Shown: positions 37,815 through 47,528 of the stretch, in pieces
Position numbering within the stretch: the stretch's first letter is position 1
Layout: every line of letters starts with the position of its first letter
Source of the DNA: a virus
Taxonomy: Duplodnaviria; Caudoviricetes
DNA: 60,975 nt
Reading direction: 5' to 3' (one strand)
IMG/VR virus record: IMGVR_UViG_3300019886_000001
Location: 1-60,975 of that record
Made by a program: the position numbers and the translations under genes
The notes under the pieces: generated by a model
Databases searched by the model: none
Told to the model about the DNA's origin: nothing
The model's input: only the letters and a program-made list of their open reading frames with translations

Positions 37815-37891
37815 GTGAAATGGTTTGATTTTGTTGGCATAAAGATACCATCACAAAATATTATTCTTTTTCACACTTTAATATGTGTAGG

Positions 37892-38131
37892 TTATTTGGT
37901 TGTAGGTTTAAATCTGTTCACTGCTTTATCAATGGTGTTATAGTGCAGCTTCCATTTATAGCTTGCTTCAATCATGGCTTTGTGCTTGCTTATTTTCCGA
38001 ACCTCTACCTGGGTGATCACCCATAGATAAATATCCCGATATTGAAAAGCGGTTGCACTTACAAACCCGGCTTTAAATAAGCCCTGCATTATTTCATCAT
38101 CATAAAGAACCGCCCGTACTTTATCAGTCAT
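37892..38131 (-). CDS. Small HTH-like protein
   Basis: EASYKWKLHYNTIDKAV. Confidence 0.5.
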   Translation of the reverse strand: MTDKVRAVLYDDEIMQGLFKAGFVSATAFQYRDIYLWVITQVEVRKISKHKAMIEASYKWKLHYNTIDKAVNRFKPTTK

Positions 38132-38137
38132 TGTGGA

Positions 38138-41100
38138 TTATAGGTTTACCCGGTTTACTGTTTTAGCTTTAATAGATTGCTGATTATTAATATCCTTCAC
38201 ATCCACAACAACAGGCGGGAAGTTATTGATCAGGGAAAATGCAATGCTGTTGGCCAAGTTTTGTGTGCCTTCTTGTGGTTGGGCATAATAGCGGTTTGAA
38301 TTACCACCATCAGTTACTATACCACCAATAGCATATCCCCGGCCTGGATTCCGGGTGCTGAAGTCGCGCCCCCCGTATCTTACATTGATAGCACTTACCA
38401 GGTTACGCGCCCATGGATCTTTCATTGCTTCAGAAACAACCACCGCTTCACCTGATCTTAGTTGTGCATTCACGTTATCATGCCTGCTGTAACCAGGAAG
38501 CAAAGCACCCCGGCCATCCGATTTGTGGAAACCACCAGTTGCGTATGCAGGTGGTTTTTGTGAAGCGATCACACCAATTTCTGCTGCACCTGTTGCTGCT
38601 GCCAATGCCATCAGTGGAATGATAGGTGAAGCCTTCAGGATTGACATTGCTGTTTCAATAGCAGCTTTTGCCAATGATAATTTTTGATCTGCTTTAAATT
38701 CCTTCACCTTTTCCTGACCTTCCAACTTCCTGTATTTATCATTGATGGAAATCTTTTGTGCTGAAGTAAGGCTTGAATTGGCAAGTTCCCTGTCTTTATC
38801 TTTTCCAAGCTGCACTTCACGGGTTTGTGCCTGGGATTTAAGGCTATTGGAAAATATGCTGAAAGCTGCATTGGTTGCTACCTGGCTAAACTGAAGAATC
38901 ATATCCATTTTAGCATGTTCATTCTGTTGGGTCAAATCAAAATCAGCAGCTAAATATGCTTTTTCCATTTCCAGTTTGGCAGCATCAGTTAAACCCTTTT
39001 GGGAAACTTCAGCATTATATTCATCCAATAACTGCTGATGTTTAGCGGATTGTTCATCAGCATTGAAAGGGTTATTCTTACCACCGGCAATTCCCTTCTT
39101 TGCCTGGGCATCGAATATGGCCGTCTTATCCTGGAAGGCAAGTTGCTGATCATAGGCTTGCTTATTGATTTGATCAATCTTCCTGTTGGTTTCTTTGGTT
39201 AACTCAACCCGTTTATCAGAATTATTTCCCAACAAAGCCAACTGTTCATTCAGGGTTGTTTTTAATGCCTGAATTTCGTTATCAGAATATTTGGTTTTAG
39301 TGGATGTAAGTTCTTCATTTAGCTTCCTGATGTTATCCTGTAACTGCTGATTTTCAATATCAAGCTGTAATGTTCTTTGGGCTTTATCATTATTGGCAGC
39401 AGCAATTTCCCTTTTCTGCACATCTTCAATACCGGCAATGTGTATTGCTTTTAATTCCAGGGCACCTTTTTGTGCTTCCTGCACCATCACCTTGTTGTGC
39501 TCAACCAATAACTGTTCAGTAGCAATGTATTGTTCAGCCTGCAATTGTGCGATAGTGCCCAACCCTGTTGATACGCCTTTGCTTGCTGCTGCACGTACCT
39601 TCCCTGATTTGGAAGTGTTGGCAAGCTGCCTTTGCTTTTCAACAAACTGTTCCTGCTTGAAAATTAACTGCCTGTAATGTTCATTAGTGGTGGAAAGTTC
39701 TTTACCGAAAGCTTCTTGTTGGAATGCTAATGTACGGCTGATGCTTGCAACCTTTTCACTGGCTGATTGGGCTGTTTCTTCTTTGATCTTCTGAATCAAG
39801 GCAAGTTCTTTTTCTGCTGCCTGTTCAGCCTTCATATCAATGGCATCCAAACGGTTTTGCGCCCGTTCTTTTACAGTAACAAATTCCCGTTCAGCTTGGG
39901 TTTGTTTCAATTGTGCATTTGCTATTGCCTGAATATCAGTACCGGCACCTTCTTTATTCCGCAAACCTTTTGTTTTATCCAGGTATGCAGCAGTTTCAAT
40001 ACCGGCTTTAAGCATTCGGGTGGTGCCGGTGACTTCATCTTTGATCAGCATGCCGGTTTTCATTATGGCATCCCGTTCTTCTTCAGAAAATTTACGGGCA
40101 TTTGTAGCTTGTAACACTACCAATTCATACTGTTTATCAGCAAGTTCTTTATTGCCCTTGTACTTATCAGTGGCTATTTTCTGTATTTCATCAAAGTATT
40201 GCTTTTCTTGTGCCGGTGTATTGCGCCTGTTACGCATCTTCAACTGAAGTTCGGCAATCTGTTCATCCGCTTTGGCATCATCAACAAGATCCTGAACAAT
40301 AGCCCGGTTCAAATCCTGCATTGCTGCTGTTAATTTCTTAGCTTCAGAATACGCCTTACTCATATCATCAGCCAATTGACCGAACCCAACACCTTCGCCC
40401 AAGTCGGACATAAAAGCACTGAAGGCTGCACCCACACCTGACATTTGTTGTTTCAGGGCTTCAGCATTAGGTGTTAACTTAGCGAACCATCCGACTATTG
40501 CAACAATACCCACCACAATAGCAGCAATGGCAGCGATCATGCCGATCATACCGGCTGATAATCCGGCAATACCTTCTTCAGCAGCAGGTGCAGCAGCAGC
40601 AATTGATTGAGTACTTTCAGCAGCTTCAGCACCTTTCACTGAAAACTGTTCAACACCTTTGGCAGCATCCCCAAACTTTGAAGGCATGTAACCCATTGTT
40701 TGGTTTAACTTCGCTGAAGCATCATTGCTTTTGTTCATGGCATTTGGCAGGAAGCCAAATCCTTTTACAACGGTGGTGATGGCCGTGTTGAACCTTTGGA
40801 AGCCTGGTATGGCATCCCCTAATGAACTAAATGCATTCTTAAATGCTTCTTCATAGTTACCTACATTCCTGTAAGTTTGGCCAATCTGCTTTTCCTGGGT
40901 TTTAAGCTTGGTGGTTAAATCATCAATGGTTTTGCCAAGTGCAAGGGTGCTTTGTGCTGTTTTGCCTTCTTCCAGGCTTAGTTTAGCATATTGGGCTGTT
41001 AATACCGAAAGCAACGCCCGGTTTTGCTGAAGGGAATTATTTTCAGCATTTGTTGCTTTGGTGATGTTATCAATCTGCTTGTTGGCATCCTTTATTTCGG

Positions 41101-41290
41101 CTTTAGTAAGCCTGATTTGGGATTGAAGGCCAACATATTCTGCTGTATTCTGCTTATTGGCAGATGAAAGCTTGAATTGCTTTGCAAGAAGTTCATCCAG
41201 GGTGCTATTCAACCCGGTAACATCTGTTTTTAATTGAGTTTGTTTAAGTTTAACATCAATTAAAATCTTTTTGGTTATATCATCTGCCAT
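38138..41290 (-). CDS. Tape measure protein
   Basis: 1050 aa, Ala/Gln/Lys helical; RNVGNY; hydrophobic patch; AYATGG..LRSGEAVV. Confidence 0.9.
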   Translation of the reverse strand: MADDITKKILIDVKLKQTQLKTDVTGLNSTLDELLAKQFKLSSANKQNTAEYVGLQSQIRLTKAEIKDANKQIDNITKATNAENNSLQQNRALLSVLTAQYAKLSLEEGKTAQSTLALGKTIDDLTTKLKTQEKQIGQTYRNVGNYEEAFKNAFSSLGDAIPGFQRFNTAITTVVKGFGFLPNAMNKSNDASAKLNQTMGYMPSKFGDAAKGVEQFSVKGAEAAESTQSIAAAAPAAEEGIAGLSAGMIGMIAAIAAIVVGIVAIVGWFAKLTPNAEALKQQMSGVGAAFSAFMSDLGEGVGFGQLADDMSKAYSEAKKLTAAMQDLNRAIVQDLVDDAKADEQIAELQLKMRNRRNTPAQEKQYFDEIQKIATDKYKGNKELADKQYELVVLQATNARKFSEEERDAIMKTGMLIKDEVTGTTRMLKAGIETAAYLDKTKGLRNKEGAGTDIQAIANAQLKQTQAEREFVTVKERAQNRLDAIDMKAEQAAEKELALIQKIKEETAQSASEKVASISRTLAFQQEAFGKELSTTNEHYRQLIFKQEQFVEKQRQLANTSKSGKVRAAASKGVSTGLGTIAQLQAEQYIATEQLLVEHNKVMVQEAQKGALELKAIHIAGIEDVQKREIAAANNDKAQRTLQLDIENQQLQDNIRKLNEELTSTKTKYSDNEIQALKTTLNEQLALLGNNSDKRVELTKETNRKIDQINKQAYDQQLAFQDKTAIFDAQAKKGIAGGKNNPFNADEQSAKHQQLLDEYNAEVSQKGLTDAAKLEMEKAYLAADFDLTQQNEHAKMDMILQFSQVATNAAFSIFSNSLKSQAQTREVQLGKDKDRELANSSLTSAQKISINDKYRKLEGQEKVKEFKADQKLSLAKAAIETAMSILKASPIIPLMALAAATGAAEIGVIASQKPPAYATGGFHKSDGRGALLPGYSRHDNVNAQLRSGEAVVVSEAMKDPWARNLVSAINVRYGGRDFSTRNPGRGYAIGGIVTDGGNSNRYYAQPQEGTQNLANSIAFSLINNFPPVVVDVKDINNQQSIKAKTVNRVNL

Positions 41291-41406
41291 TGCTATGAAA
41301 TGTAAATATGTTATATTCGCACTTCAAAGGTTTATAATTGGTTGATGCCGGTTTAGCTATCCCATAAGTTAACCGGCATTATTTTTTCCTGTAAAAATAT
41401 AATATT

Positions 41407-43521
41407 TTATCCCAACTTGACTAAAGTTACTTTCGTTGGCACATTGGGTTGCCAAGCTTCAATGTTATTGATGTAGTAATAAGCATTATCCTGTTCCAAA
41501 TAAACTGGAATCAGTAAATCCAAATCCTTTATATCCTGTTCTGATAGTAAAAAATACCTGGTTGGTTTTTTGGTGTCTTTAAGTATCTGCATCAGTTCAG
41601 AATAGTTCATCAATTTGAGATCATCCCACATTAATGAATGTTCACCACCTGTTTTGAAGAAATACGGGCAATCCACCACATCATTCACGAATATATTGTG
41701 ATCAGGATCGTTTAAATCACCATCAGGATCATCAGTAAAATGAATTGTTTTGCCCAATTTTAGTAAATCAACCTTGTTTGAAATCAAAATTCTTGGGGCA
41801 ACACTTATACTGAAATCATTACTGCCTGTTGTGGGATCGATCATCTGCACCAATGCAGTAACACCACCTACAAACGGACGGTTAAGGCTTGCACCAAACA
41901 TACTTACTATTAGTTCAGCCGGGTATGGTGATAGGGTTTTATCATTGATCACTATTTTTGACCAACCATATCTTGGGGGAATGATAGAAGGCCCTGCATT
42001 CGGATCAACCTGGTATTCCAGGTAATTCACTTGTGCGTAATTATCACTTAACTTATATTCAACATCCTTTCCCTGGTTAAGACATTTGGAAGTCCAATTA
42101 TATGCTTTACCAATGTTGCTTACAATATCCTTCAGGGATGCAAAGTTGATTGTTTTGGAATAAACATCTGTTTGGCAGATGATGCCGAAACGCTGAAGGG
42201 TATCTTTCAGTAAGTCTTTTTGTGATGTGTCGGGAAATATCTTTTCACACTGCACGGTTTGGCCGAAAAGAACATCCTGGTTGTTCGCCTTGATAGTCAA
42301 TTCTGCACCGGCCTTCATACTGAACTGTGAACCTGTATAACCTTTAAAATCATACTCTATCTTAATCTTACCATTAACCGGCAAATCAGTTTGGAATCCA
42401 AGTGTTTGATTTAAAATAGTGGTATAACCAAATTGGGTGGGTAATGATCCTGCAAAAATACGGGTTGGGTTATTGGTTAAATCATAAGTGATACCTGCAA
42501 GCACCACTTCACCATTTATTGGGTCAATGTAGACAATGTTTATATCCAGTGATGAACCATAGGTGCTATCTATGTGCCCCAAAAAGAATAATTCAGGTAT
42601 TTTTAATGAAATATTCACCCCCAATACCTGATTTACGGTGTAAACCCCGGTGCCAACGTTATAAAAATTGCTTGGATTGCTTATTATGTTATTGAAAATA
42701 AGTGTTGGCCTGGGGAATGGTTGGGATGCATTAGGGTGTGTTATGTTCAGATTTTGGCCCAATGATGCAACAACACCCTTTTCATCAGGCTGATTTTGAT
42801 AATCCACACCGTGTTCCCATGATCCATTGCTGAATTGTGCGATCAGTAACGGGTATAATGGGTTTTTAAGTAGTGATCCTTTCGCCAAATAGCCGGTTGA
42901 TTTGACAAGAAGATCAATTGCTGTTTTGATGAAGAAGCCGGGACGCATTGAATGCACATCAATGGGTAATGTGAAATCATCACTGAACAATCCGTAATCA
43001 ACAAGTGGGTAAATCCATCCACCTATGCCGTTATTGCCGGAACTGGCTGTATTCTTTTGGCTCCCTGCTGCATTCTGAAGATTCCAAACATGATCATAAG
43101 GTTTCCATACCAGGGTTTGACCGTAATTACTGTATTGGCTTGTGCTATCACCCATATCTGCCAATTGACCGCCCAATAAATCAAAGAAATCAACATTACC
43201 TGATAGAAGTGTCAGTGCAATTTGCTGTTCGTTGCTTGCATTCACTTCAGCAAAGGCATTTGCAAATACTTCAACCCCGTTTCTTATATACCGGCCATCA
43301 AGTTTTCCGTATACTTCCCTTTGGCACATCTGAATATCATCAGGAAAGCCAAATATTCTTCTGTTATTTTGTGTATTTGGGATTTTAAATTGGTTGGAAG
43401 TGTTGCCCTGTTGATTTTGAACATCACCCAAATCATTTATCTGAAAGGTTAAACCTATAAGACTATCATTATCTAAATCACATCTTTGATCGTTAATGAA
43501 TAGTTGCTGATCTTGTGTCAT
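41407..43521 (-). CDS. Minor tail/baseplate protein
   Basis: LFIN..DL..I.LTFQIND..SNQFKIP.T.NN; C-terminal LDL..PVYL.Q..YYYIN. Confidence 0.7.
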   Translation of the reverse strand: MTQDQQLFINDQRCDLDNDSLIGLTFQINDLGDVQNQQGNTSNQFKIPNTQNNRRIFGFPDDIQMCQREVYGKLDGRYIRNGVEVFANAFAEVNASNEQQIALTLLSGNVDFFDLLGGQLADMGDSTSQYSNYGQTLVWKPYDHVWNLQNAAGSQKNTASSGNNGIGGWIYPLVDYGLFSDDFTLPIDVHSMRPGFFIKTAIDLLVKSTGYLAKGSLLKNPLYPLLIAQFSNGSWEHGVDYQNQPDEKGVVASLGQNLNITHPNASQPFPRPTLIFNNIISNPSNFYNVGTGVYTVNQVLGVNISLKIPELFFLGHIDSTYGSSLDINIVYIDPINGEVVLAGITYDLTNNPTRIFAGSLPTQFGYTTILNQTLGFQTDLPVNGKIKIEYDFKGYTGSQFSMKAGAELTIKANNQDVLFGQTVQCEKIFPDTSQKDLLKDTLQRFGIICQTDVYSKTINFASLKDIVSNIGKAYNWTSKCLNQGKDVEYKLSDNYAQVNYLEYQVDPNAGPSIIPPRYGWSKIVINDKTLSPYPAELIVSMFGASLNRPFVGGVTALVQMIDPTTGSNDFSISVAPRILISNKVDLLKLGKTIHFTDDPDGDLNDPDHNIFVNDVVDCPYFFKTGGEHSLMWDDLKLMNYSELMQILKDTKKPTRYFLLSEQDIKDLDLLIPVYLEQDNAYYYINNIEAWQPNVPTKVTLVKLG

Positions 43522-43547
43522 AAAAAAGGGGGCCGTTTATGCCCCCT
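43522..43547 (-). terminator. Hairpin/terminator ending the accessory block
   Basis: agggggc/gccccct stem plus T6, abutting the next ATG. Confidence 0.6.
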
Positions 43548-43575
43548 AAAATTAATAATTAAAATCAGTATCCGA

Positions 43576-44040
43576 TTATGCTTCAGCAATCGGGAATTCG
43601 TGAACATCACCAACCTTCACACCTTGTGTTACCAGGTCGGGTTCATCAATCAAATCCTGTTCGGTCACTTCGCGTTCTTCAAGCCCGGCTTCCTTCAGTG
43701 CAGCAATGCGTTTATCATTTGCTTCCTGTTCTTCAGTAGCCTTTTTTTCAGCAGCTTCACGTTCTTTTTTCTGTTTAGCTGTTTCCGGCTTCTTAGGTGA
43801 TGAATTATCATCATCTGAATTACCACCATTGGGTTCAAAACCAGGTGTTTGCTTAATACTGCCAAGTCCCCCGGCTGTTGAAGCATTCTGATTGCCTGTT
43901 TTGTCGTAATCGAAAAGATCATTCATTCCATCTGAACCGAATTTTGAAATGTGGGTAACGCCTGATTGAAGTGCTGTTGCTTCATCTTTTGTAAGGTGCA
44001 CACCTTGTTTTACCAGGTCTGCATAAGTTAATTTTGCCAT
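43576..44040 (-). CDS. Hypothetical protein
   Basis: Charged protein ending VTEQDL..PDL..GVKVGD. Confidence 0.7.
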   Translation of the reverse strand: MAKLTYADLVKQGVHLTKDEATALQSGVTHISKFGSDGMNDLFDYDKTGNQNASTAGGLGSIKQTPGFEPNGGNSDDDNSSPKKPETAKQKKEREAAEKKATEEQEANDKRIAALKEAGLEEREVTEQDLIDEPDLVTQGVKVGDVHEFPIAEA

Positions 44041-44070
44041 TGTTGATTTGTTTTTATGTAAAGTTATTGA

Positions 44071-44436
44071 TTAAAAAAAGCATTTACTTAATTCGGTGTG
44101 CTTGTCTTTCCCAAATAGAATTTCAAGCACCGGCACTTCATTACCTGGGATCACCTTTAAATCCCTTGACATTAGCAGGTGTTTTGATCCATCCACGCCC
44201 CGGACCCTTCCCATGTAGTAATATTCACAATAGTTCGGTTTGCCCTGGGATTCAAACAACCTGAAGTCTACCCGGCCAATATCAACTTTAGCTGCACGGT
44301 ATAAACAGAAACGCATTAAGGTTTGATGAAGAACTTCTTCTTCTTTGCAGGCAACCCACTTTAAAAACTCTTTAATGATCGGGTTGTTTTCGTTATTTTC
44401 ACCAAGATTGTTTGATGCAATTGTTAGTTTACTCAT
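44071..44436 (-). CDS. Hypothetical protein
   Basis: ORF in operon. Confidence 0.6.
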   Translation of the reverse strand: MSKLTIASNNLGENNENNPIIKEFLKWVACKEEEVLHQTLMRFCLYRAAKVDIGRVDFRLFESQGKPNYCEYYYMGRVRGVDGSKHLLMSRDLKVIPGNEVPVLEILFGKDKHTELSKCFF

Positions 44437-44800
44437 TAGTGCTTGGTGGTGTGGTGAAGTAATCTATGAATTTCACAAGCTGATCATCTGAAAACTTCAG
44501 TCGGTGTTCCAACAGTTCTGTTTTACCGGCCTGCATATCAACCTTCCTGGTATTGATTCCTTTCTTTTCAATTTCATCATTAAGTACTGATAGAAATAAT
44601 CTACCCAATGAACCAGGAAGTTCCAAGAATGGCTTCATTGGTTCAAAACTCCCTATTGGGGGCCTATGTTCTGTTTCTGTCAAAACACCATCTGTAAAAT
44701 GATAAAATATTTTGCCACCTGGGAATGTTTTAACAAAAAATATCTTAATTCTATCATATTCCCTTTCATCATCTATGTAAATTTTTACTTCGCTTTCCAT
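44429..44800 (-). CDS. Hypothetical protein
   Basis: ORF in operon. Confidence 0.65.
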   Translation of the reverse strand: MESEVKIYIDDEREYDRIKIFFVKTFPGGKIFYHFTDGVLTETEHRPPIGSFEPMKPFLELPGSLGRLFLSVLNDEIEKKGINTRKVDMQAGKTELLEHRLKFSDDQLVKFIDYFTTPPSTNE

Positions 44801-44802
44801 AT

Positions 44803-45672
44803 TTATTGCTTTAAAAAATCAGGGAATTCAGTTGTTGTAAACCCGGCTGCTGATGCATGCCCACCACCACCATATCTTTTGGCTATGACTGAACAATCCA
44901 CATCAGGGTTCCCACTGTAAAGAGATACCACCCAATTAATGCCATCAAATTTAAAGGGAACCATAAGATCATATTTCATTGGATCAAATACGCTATCAAA
45001 AGCCATGCTTCCAAACCCGGCACCGTTGCAGGCAATACCTTCCAAGCCATCAACCACAACATCAAAGCTGCTTTTCATGATCTGCTTATCCATATTGATC
45101 TGATACTGTAAGGCTATTTTACCCTGTTCGATTATGGTATCAATAATTGCCGGTGATCCATTCAGTAAACCAGGTGTAACCTTGATAGGATTATCAACAC
45201 CCATTGCCTTCATTCCATATTGGAAGGGCAACACTAACTTATTCCAATTGCTTTTGTTTTCATCCCGCCAAGTATCATATTGCCCGATCAGGGAAACAGC
45301 ATCAGGCATTGGTTCATCAGGAAACAGGTAATTCCAAGTTATTTCACATGCAGCTATGCCCTGCTGAAGAACTGCTTTGAAGTATTCAGCCTGCACCGGG
45401 TTATCTGTCTTGAATTTATTGTAATCTTCAATGGCTGATTTGTGGTGATCAATCCAGGTTAATTGCCTGCCTGTATACAATGCCAATTTTGCCATATCTT
45501 CAGGCAGTATGGAAACATCAACCATGATCACCGGCTGATTCCTGGGAATCTGATCATACGGTATGGGTTGGCCATAATCGTAACCTATCAGGATACAATC
45601 AGGATATTTTTTGTTTACGATAGCACCCGAATAATAGCCATCAAGATCCCGGGAATGATAAATGCAATACAT
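44803..45672 (-). CDS. DHH/DHHA1 phosphoesterase
   Basis: YHSRDLDG, MVDVS, WIDHH, YDTW, GGGGHASAAG. Confidence 0.85.
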   Translation of the reverse strand: MYCIYHSRDLDGYYSGAIVNKKYPDCILIGYDYGQPIPYDQIPRNQPVIMVDVSILPEDMAKLALYTGRQLTWIDHHKSAIEDYNKFKTDNPVQAEYFKAVLQQGIAACEITWNYLFPDEPMPDAVSLIGQYDTWRDENKSNWNKLVLPFQYGMKAMGVDNPIKVTPGLLNGSPAIIDTIIEQGKIALQYQINMDKQIMKSSFDVVVDGLEGIACNGAGFGSMAFDSVFDPMKYDLMVPFKFDGINWVVSLYSGNPDVDCSVIAKRYGGGGHASAAGFTTTEFPDFLKQ

Positions 45673-45673
45673 T

Positions 45674-46006
45674 TTATTTAGGGTTTATAGTTTGTTTGCT
45701 CTTTTCTTGCTTCATCATTTCTTCCATACGTGCCTGAAAGCCTAATCTTTTTTTAGGTTCATTTGCATGCACGTTGTTTCTCAAAGTATGTTTCAGGTTC
45801 TTATTATCAGCTTTTTTTAATATTAAATAAGATATATAAATGCCTGCTATAACCAACAGATAAATTGCTGTTACAATCCATAGTGGTGAAAGTACCCAAA
45901 TCCATGACCGGGTGATAACCTTGCATATCTTTAGTACAATAAATGTGATGGTTAAAGCCCCGGTAAATCCTATGCCGGAACTGGAAGATGATGATGAATT
46001 TGCCAT
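45674..46006 (-). CDS. Phage membrane protein
   Basis: SSSSGIGFTGALTITFIVLK..I..SWIWVLSPLWI, a widespread phage TM pattern. Confidence 0.7.
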   Translation of the reverse strand: MANSSSSSSSGIGFTGALTITFIVLKICKVITRSWIWVLSPLWIVTAIYLLVIAGIYISYLILKKADNKNLKHTLRNNVHANEPKKRLGFQARMEEMMKQEKSKQTINPK

Positions 46007-46011
46007 TTAGT

Positions 46012-46464
46012 TTAAGATTTTTTAGTTTGAAATATTGTTGATGGTGTTGTGATTCTTTCGGGTGGATAATTACCAACTGCTCTATGTACATCAGATAATG
46101 CACGTTTTAAATAAATGATTTGATCATCAAGCCGTTTCACCCTGGTTCGGGCATTGTCGCATTCTTTTGAATAAATTACATAATCATCCATGCTTGCAGT
46201 CCGTTTCATTTTCTCCAAATAGATGAAGAATACATTTTTCCAATGTGCATGTTCAGCATTAAGCCTCATAAGTTGTTCTTGAAAGCTGATTGAATCAGGT
46301 TGTGGGATTGGTGCCGGTGGTGGTGGTGCAGTTTGTGTTCCACCTGGCTTTTCTTCCCATTTTGGCAGTCTTAATATAATTGTAATTATACATATAACCA
46401 CTACCATGTATATAAAACATTCAAGGTTGCTTGGTGGATTAATCATTGGGTTCCCCTTCTTCAT
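46012..46464 (-). CDS. Membrane-anchored, Pro-rich hypothetical protein
   Basis: TM segment plus APPPPAPIP. Confidence 0.55.
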   Translation of the reverse strand: MKKGNPMINPPSNLECFIYMVVVICIITIILRLPKWEEKPGGTQTAPPPPAPIPQPDSISFQEQLMRLNAEHAHWKNVFFIYLEKMKRTASMDDYVIYSKECDNARTRVKRLDDQIIYLKRALSDVHRAVGNYPPERITTPSTIFQTKKS

Positions 46465-46723
46465 TAAAAGTAAATACTGCCATCGGTTGAAAACGGTGCC
46501 CCAATGTACGAATCATTACGGGCCTGCCTGCAAGGAAGGCTTCAATATCTTCTTTGTTTGGCAACCATCCTGTTAAAACATACTCAACAATACAGGGATC
46601 ACCTTCAGCATCAACCGCTTCCATTGCACCACGAAAGGCAGTTATTGGAAAGCAATCTTCATCCTTCATGCTTTCAGGCTTGGATAGGGTTAAATTATAC
46701 CCCGGTAAATCTATGCACCTCAT
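46439..46723 (-). CDS. Hypothetical phage protein
   Basis: ORF in operon. Confidence 0.65.
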   Translation of the reverse strand: MRCIDLPGYNLTLSKPESMKDEDCFPITAFRGAMEAVDAEGDPCIVEYVLTGWLPNKEDIEAFLAGRPVMIRTLGHRFQPMAVFTFNEEGEPND

Positions 46724-47127
46724 TTGAACCTGGTTTTTAAGTACATCCGAATCATTCTATATTTGAAATACCATCTTACAACCCACCTTCTGTGAAGCCA
46801 ATCATGCTGATCCATCAGAAGCAAATACTTTTTGTTCAGGTCCAGGTGTTCTTGCTTCCAAAGTTTGGATATACCCTTTTGTTCATTAAGTTTGAACTGT
46901 AATGATTTAACCAATTCCCTATTAGGGTTCAGTTCCAATTCCCATTCATTCTTCCAATTAAGGGTGAAAATAATATCATCACATTCTACTTTGGCACTGG
47001 AATCAGATATTCGATTGACCGGAACCATGCTTGGTGGTATAATAACCCTTCTTTCACGGCTTCTTTCTTCATTTGGATTGGGAAGTGTATCCATCACTTG
47101 ACGCAAAGCGGTTGCAGTTAGTTTCAT
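46720..47127 (-). CDS. Hypothetical protein
   Basis: After the TATCTTTG/GAACTTAA promoter at 47141-47160. Confidence 0.65.
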   Translation of the reverse strand: MKLTATALRQVMDTLPNPNEERSRERRVIIPPSMVPVNRISDSSAKVECDDIIFTLNWKNEWELELNPNRELVKSLQFKLNEQKGISKLWKQEHLDLNKKYLLLMDQHDWLHRRWVVRWYFKYRMIRMYLKTRFK

Positions 47128-47178
47128 ATTGAAATGTTTTTTAAGTTCATTTCAAAGATAGAAGATATTTATTGAAAT

Positions 47179-47275
47179 AAAAAAAGTCAATAACCTTGAT
47201 GATCATTGACTTTGCAACATTGCACTATTGATTGCGGTTGCTAATACCGGGGGTGTTCCGCTTTCGCCTTACCAT
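47179..47275 (-). ncRNA. Candidate ~95-nt small RNA
   Basis: Bounded by a TATATTTG promoter (47278-47285) and a terminator (47179-47213); only a 16-codon ORF. Confidence 0.35.
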
Positions 47276-47289
47276 TACAAATATAAAAT

Positions 47290-47317
47290 AAAAAAGCCCT
47301 GCGAGCGAATCAGGGCC
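47290..47317 (-). terminator. Intrinsic terminator
   Basis: gccctg/cagggc stem plus T6. Confidence 0.7.
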
Positions 47318-47528
47318 TTTCCATAGATCATTGATGTAGACCGCACCAACGCTATTGATACAAACTTAAATATAAATCTTCTGATAGGCTAATCAAAACA
47401 CCATCAACTTTAAATATCCAATTACCCTTTTGATGCCTTACAGTATATCCCCGGCCCAAATGCTCAAAGAATGTTGTTTTTAATTTATAAGCTTCTGTAA
47501 TCATTTTAATTTTCTGCTTTTTTTATGT

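Noticed and set aside
28092-40779. Many plus-strand ORFs antisense to structural genes (also 11436-11840 and 59702-60322)
   Set aside because: Shadow ORFs of long minus-strand genes; no motifs or independent expression signals
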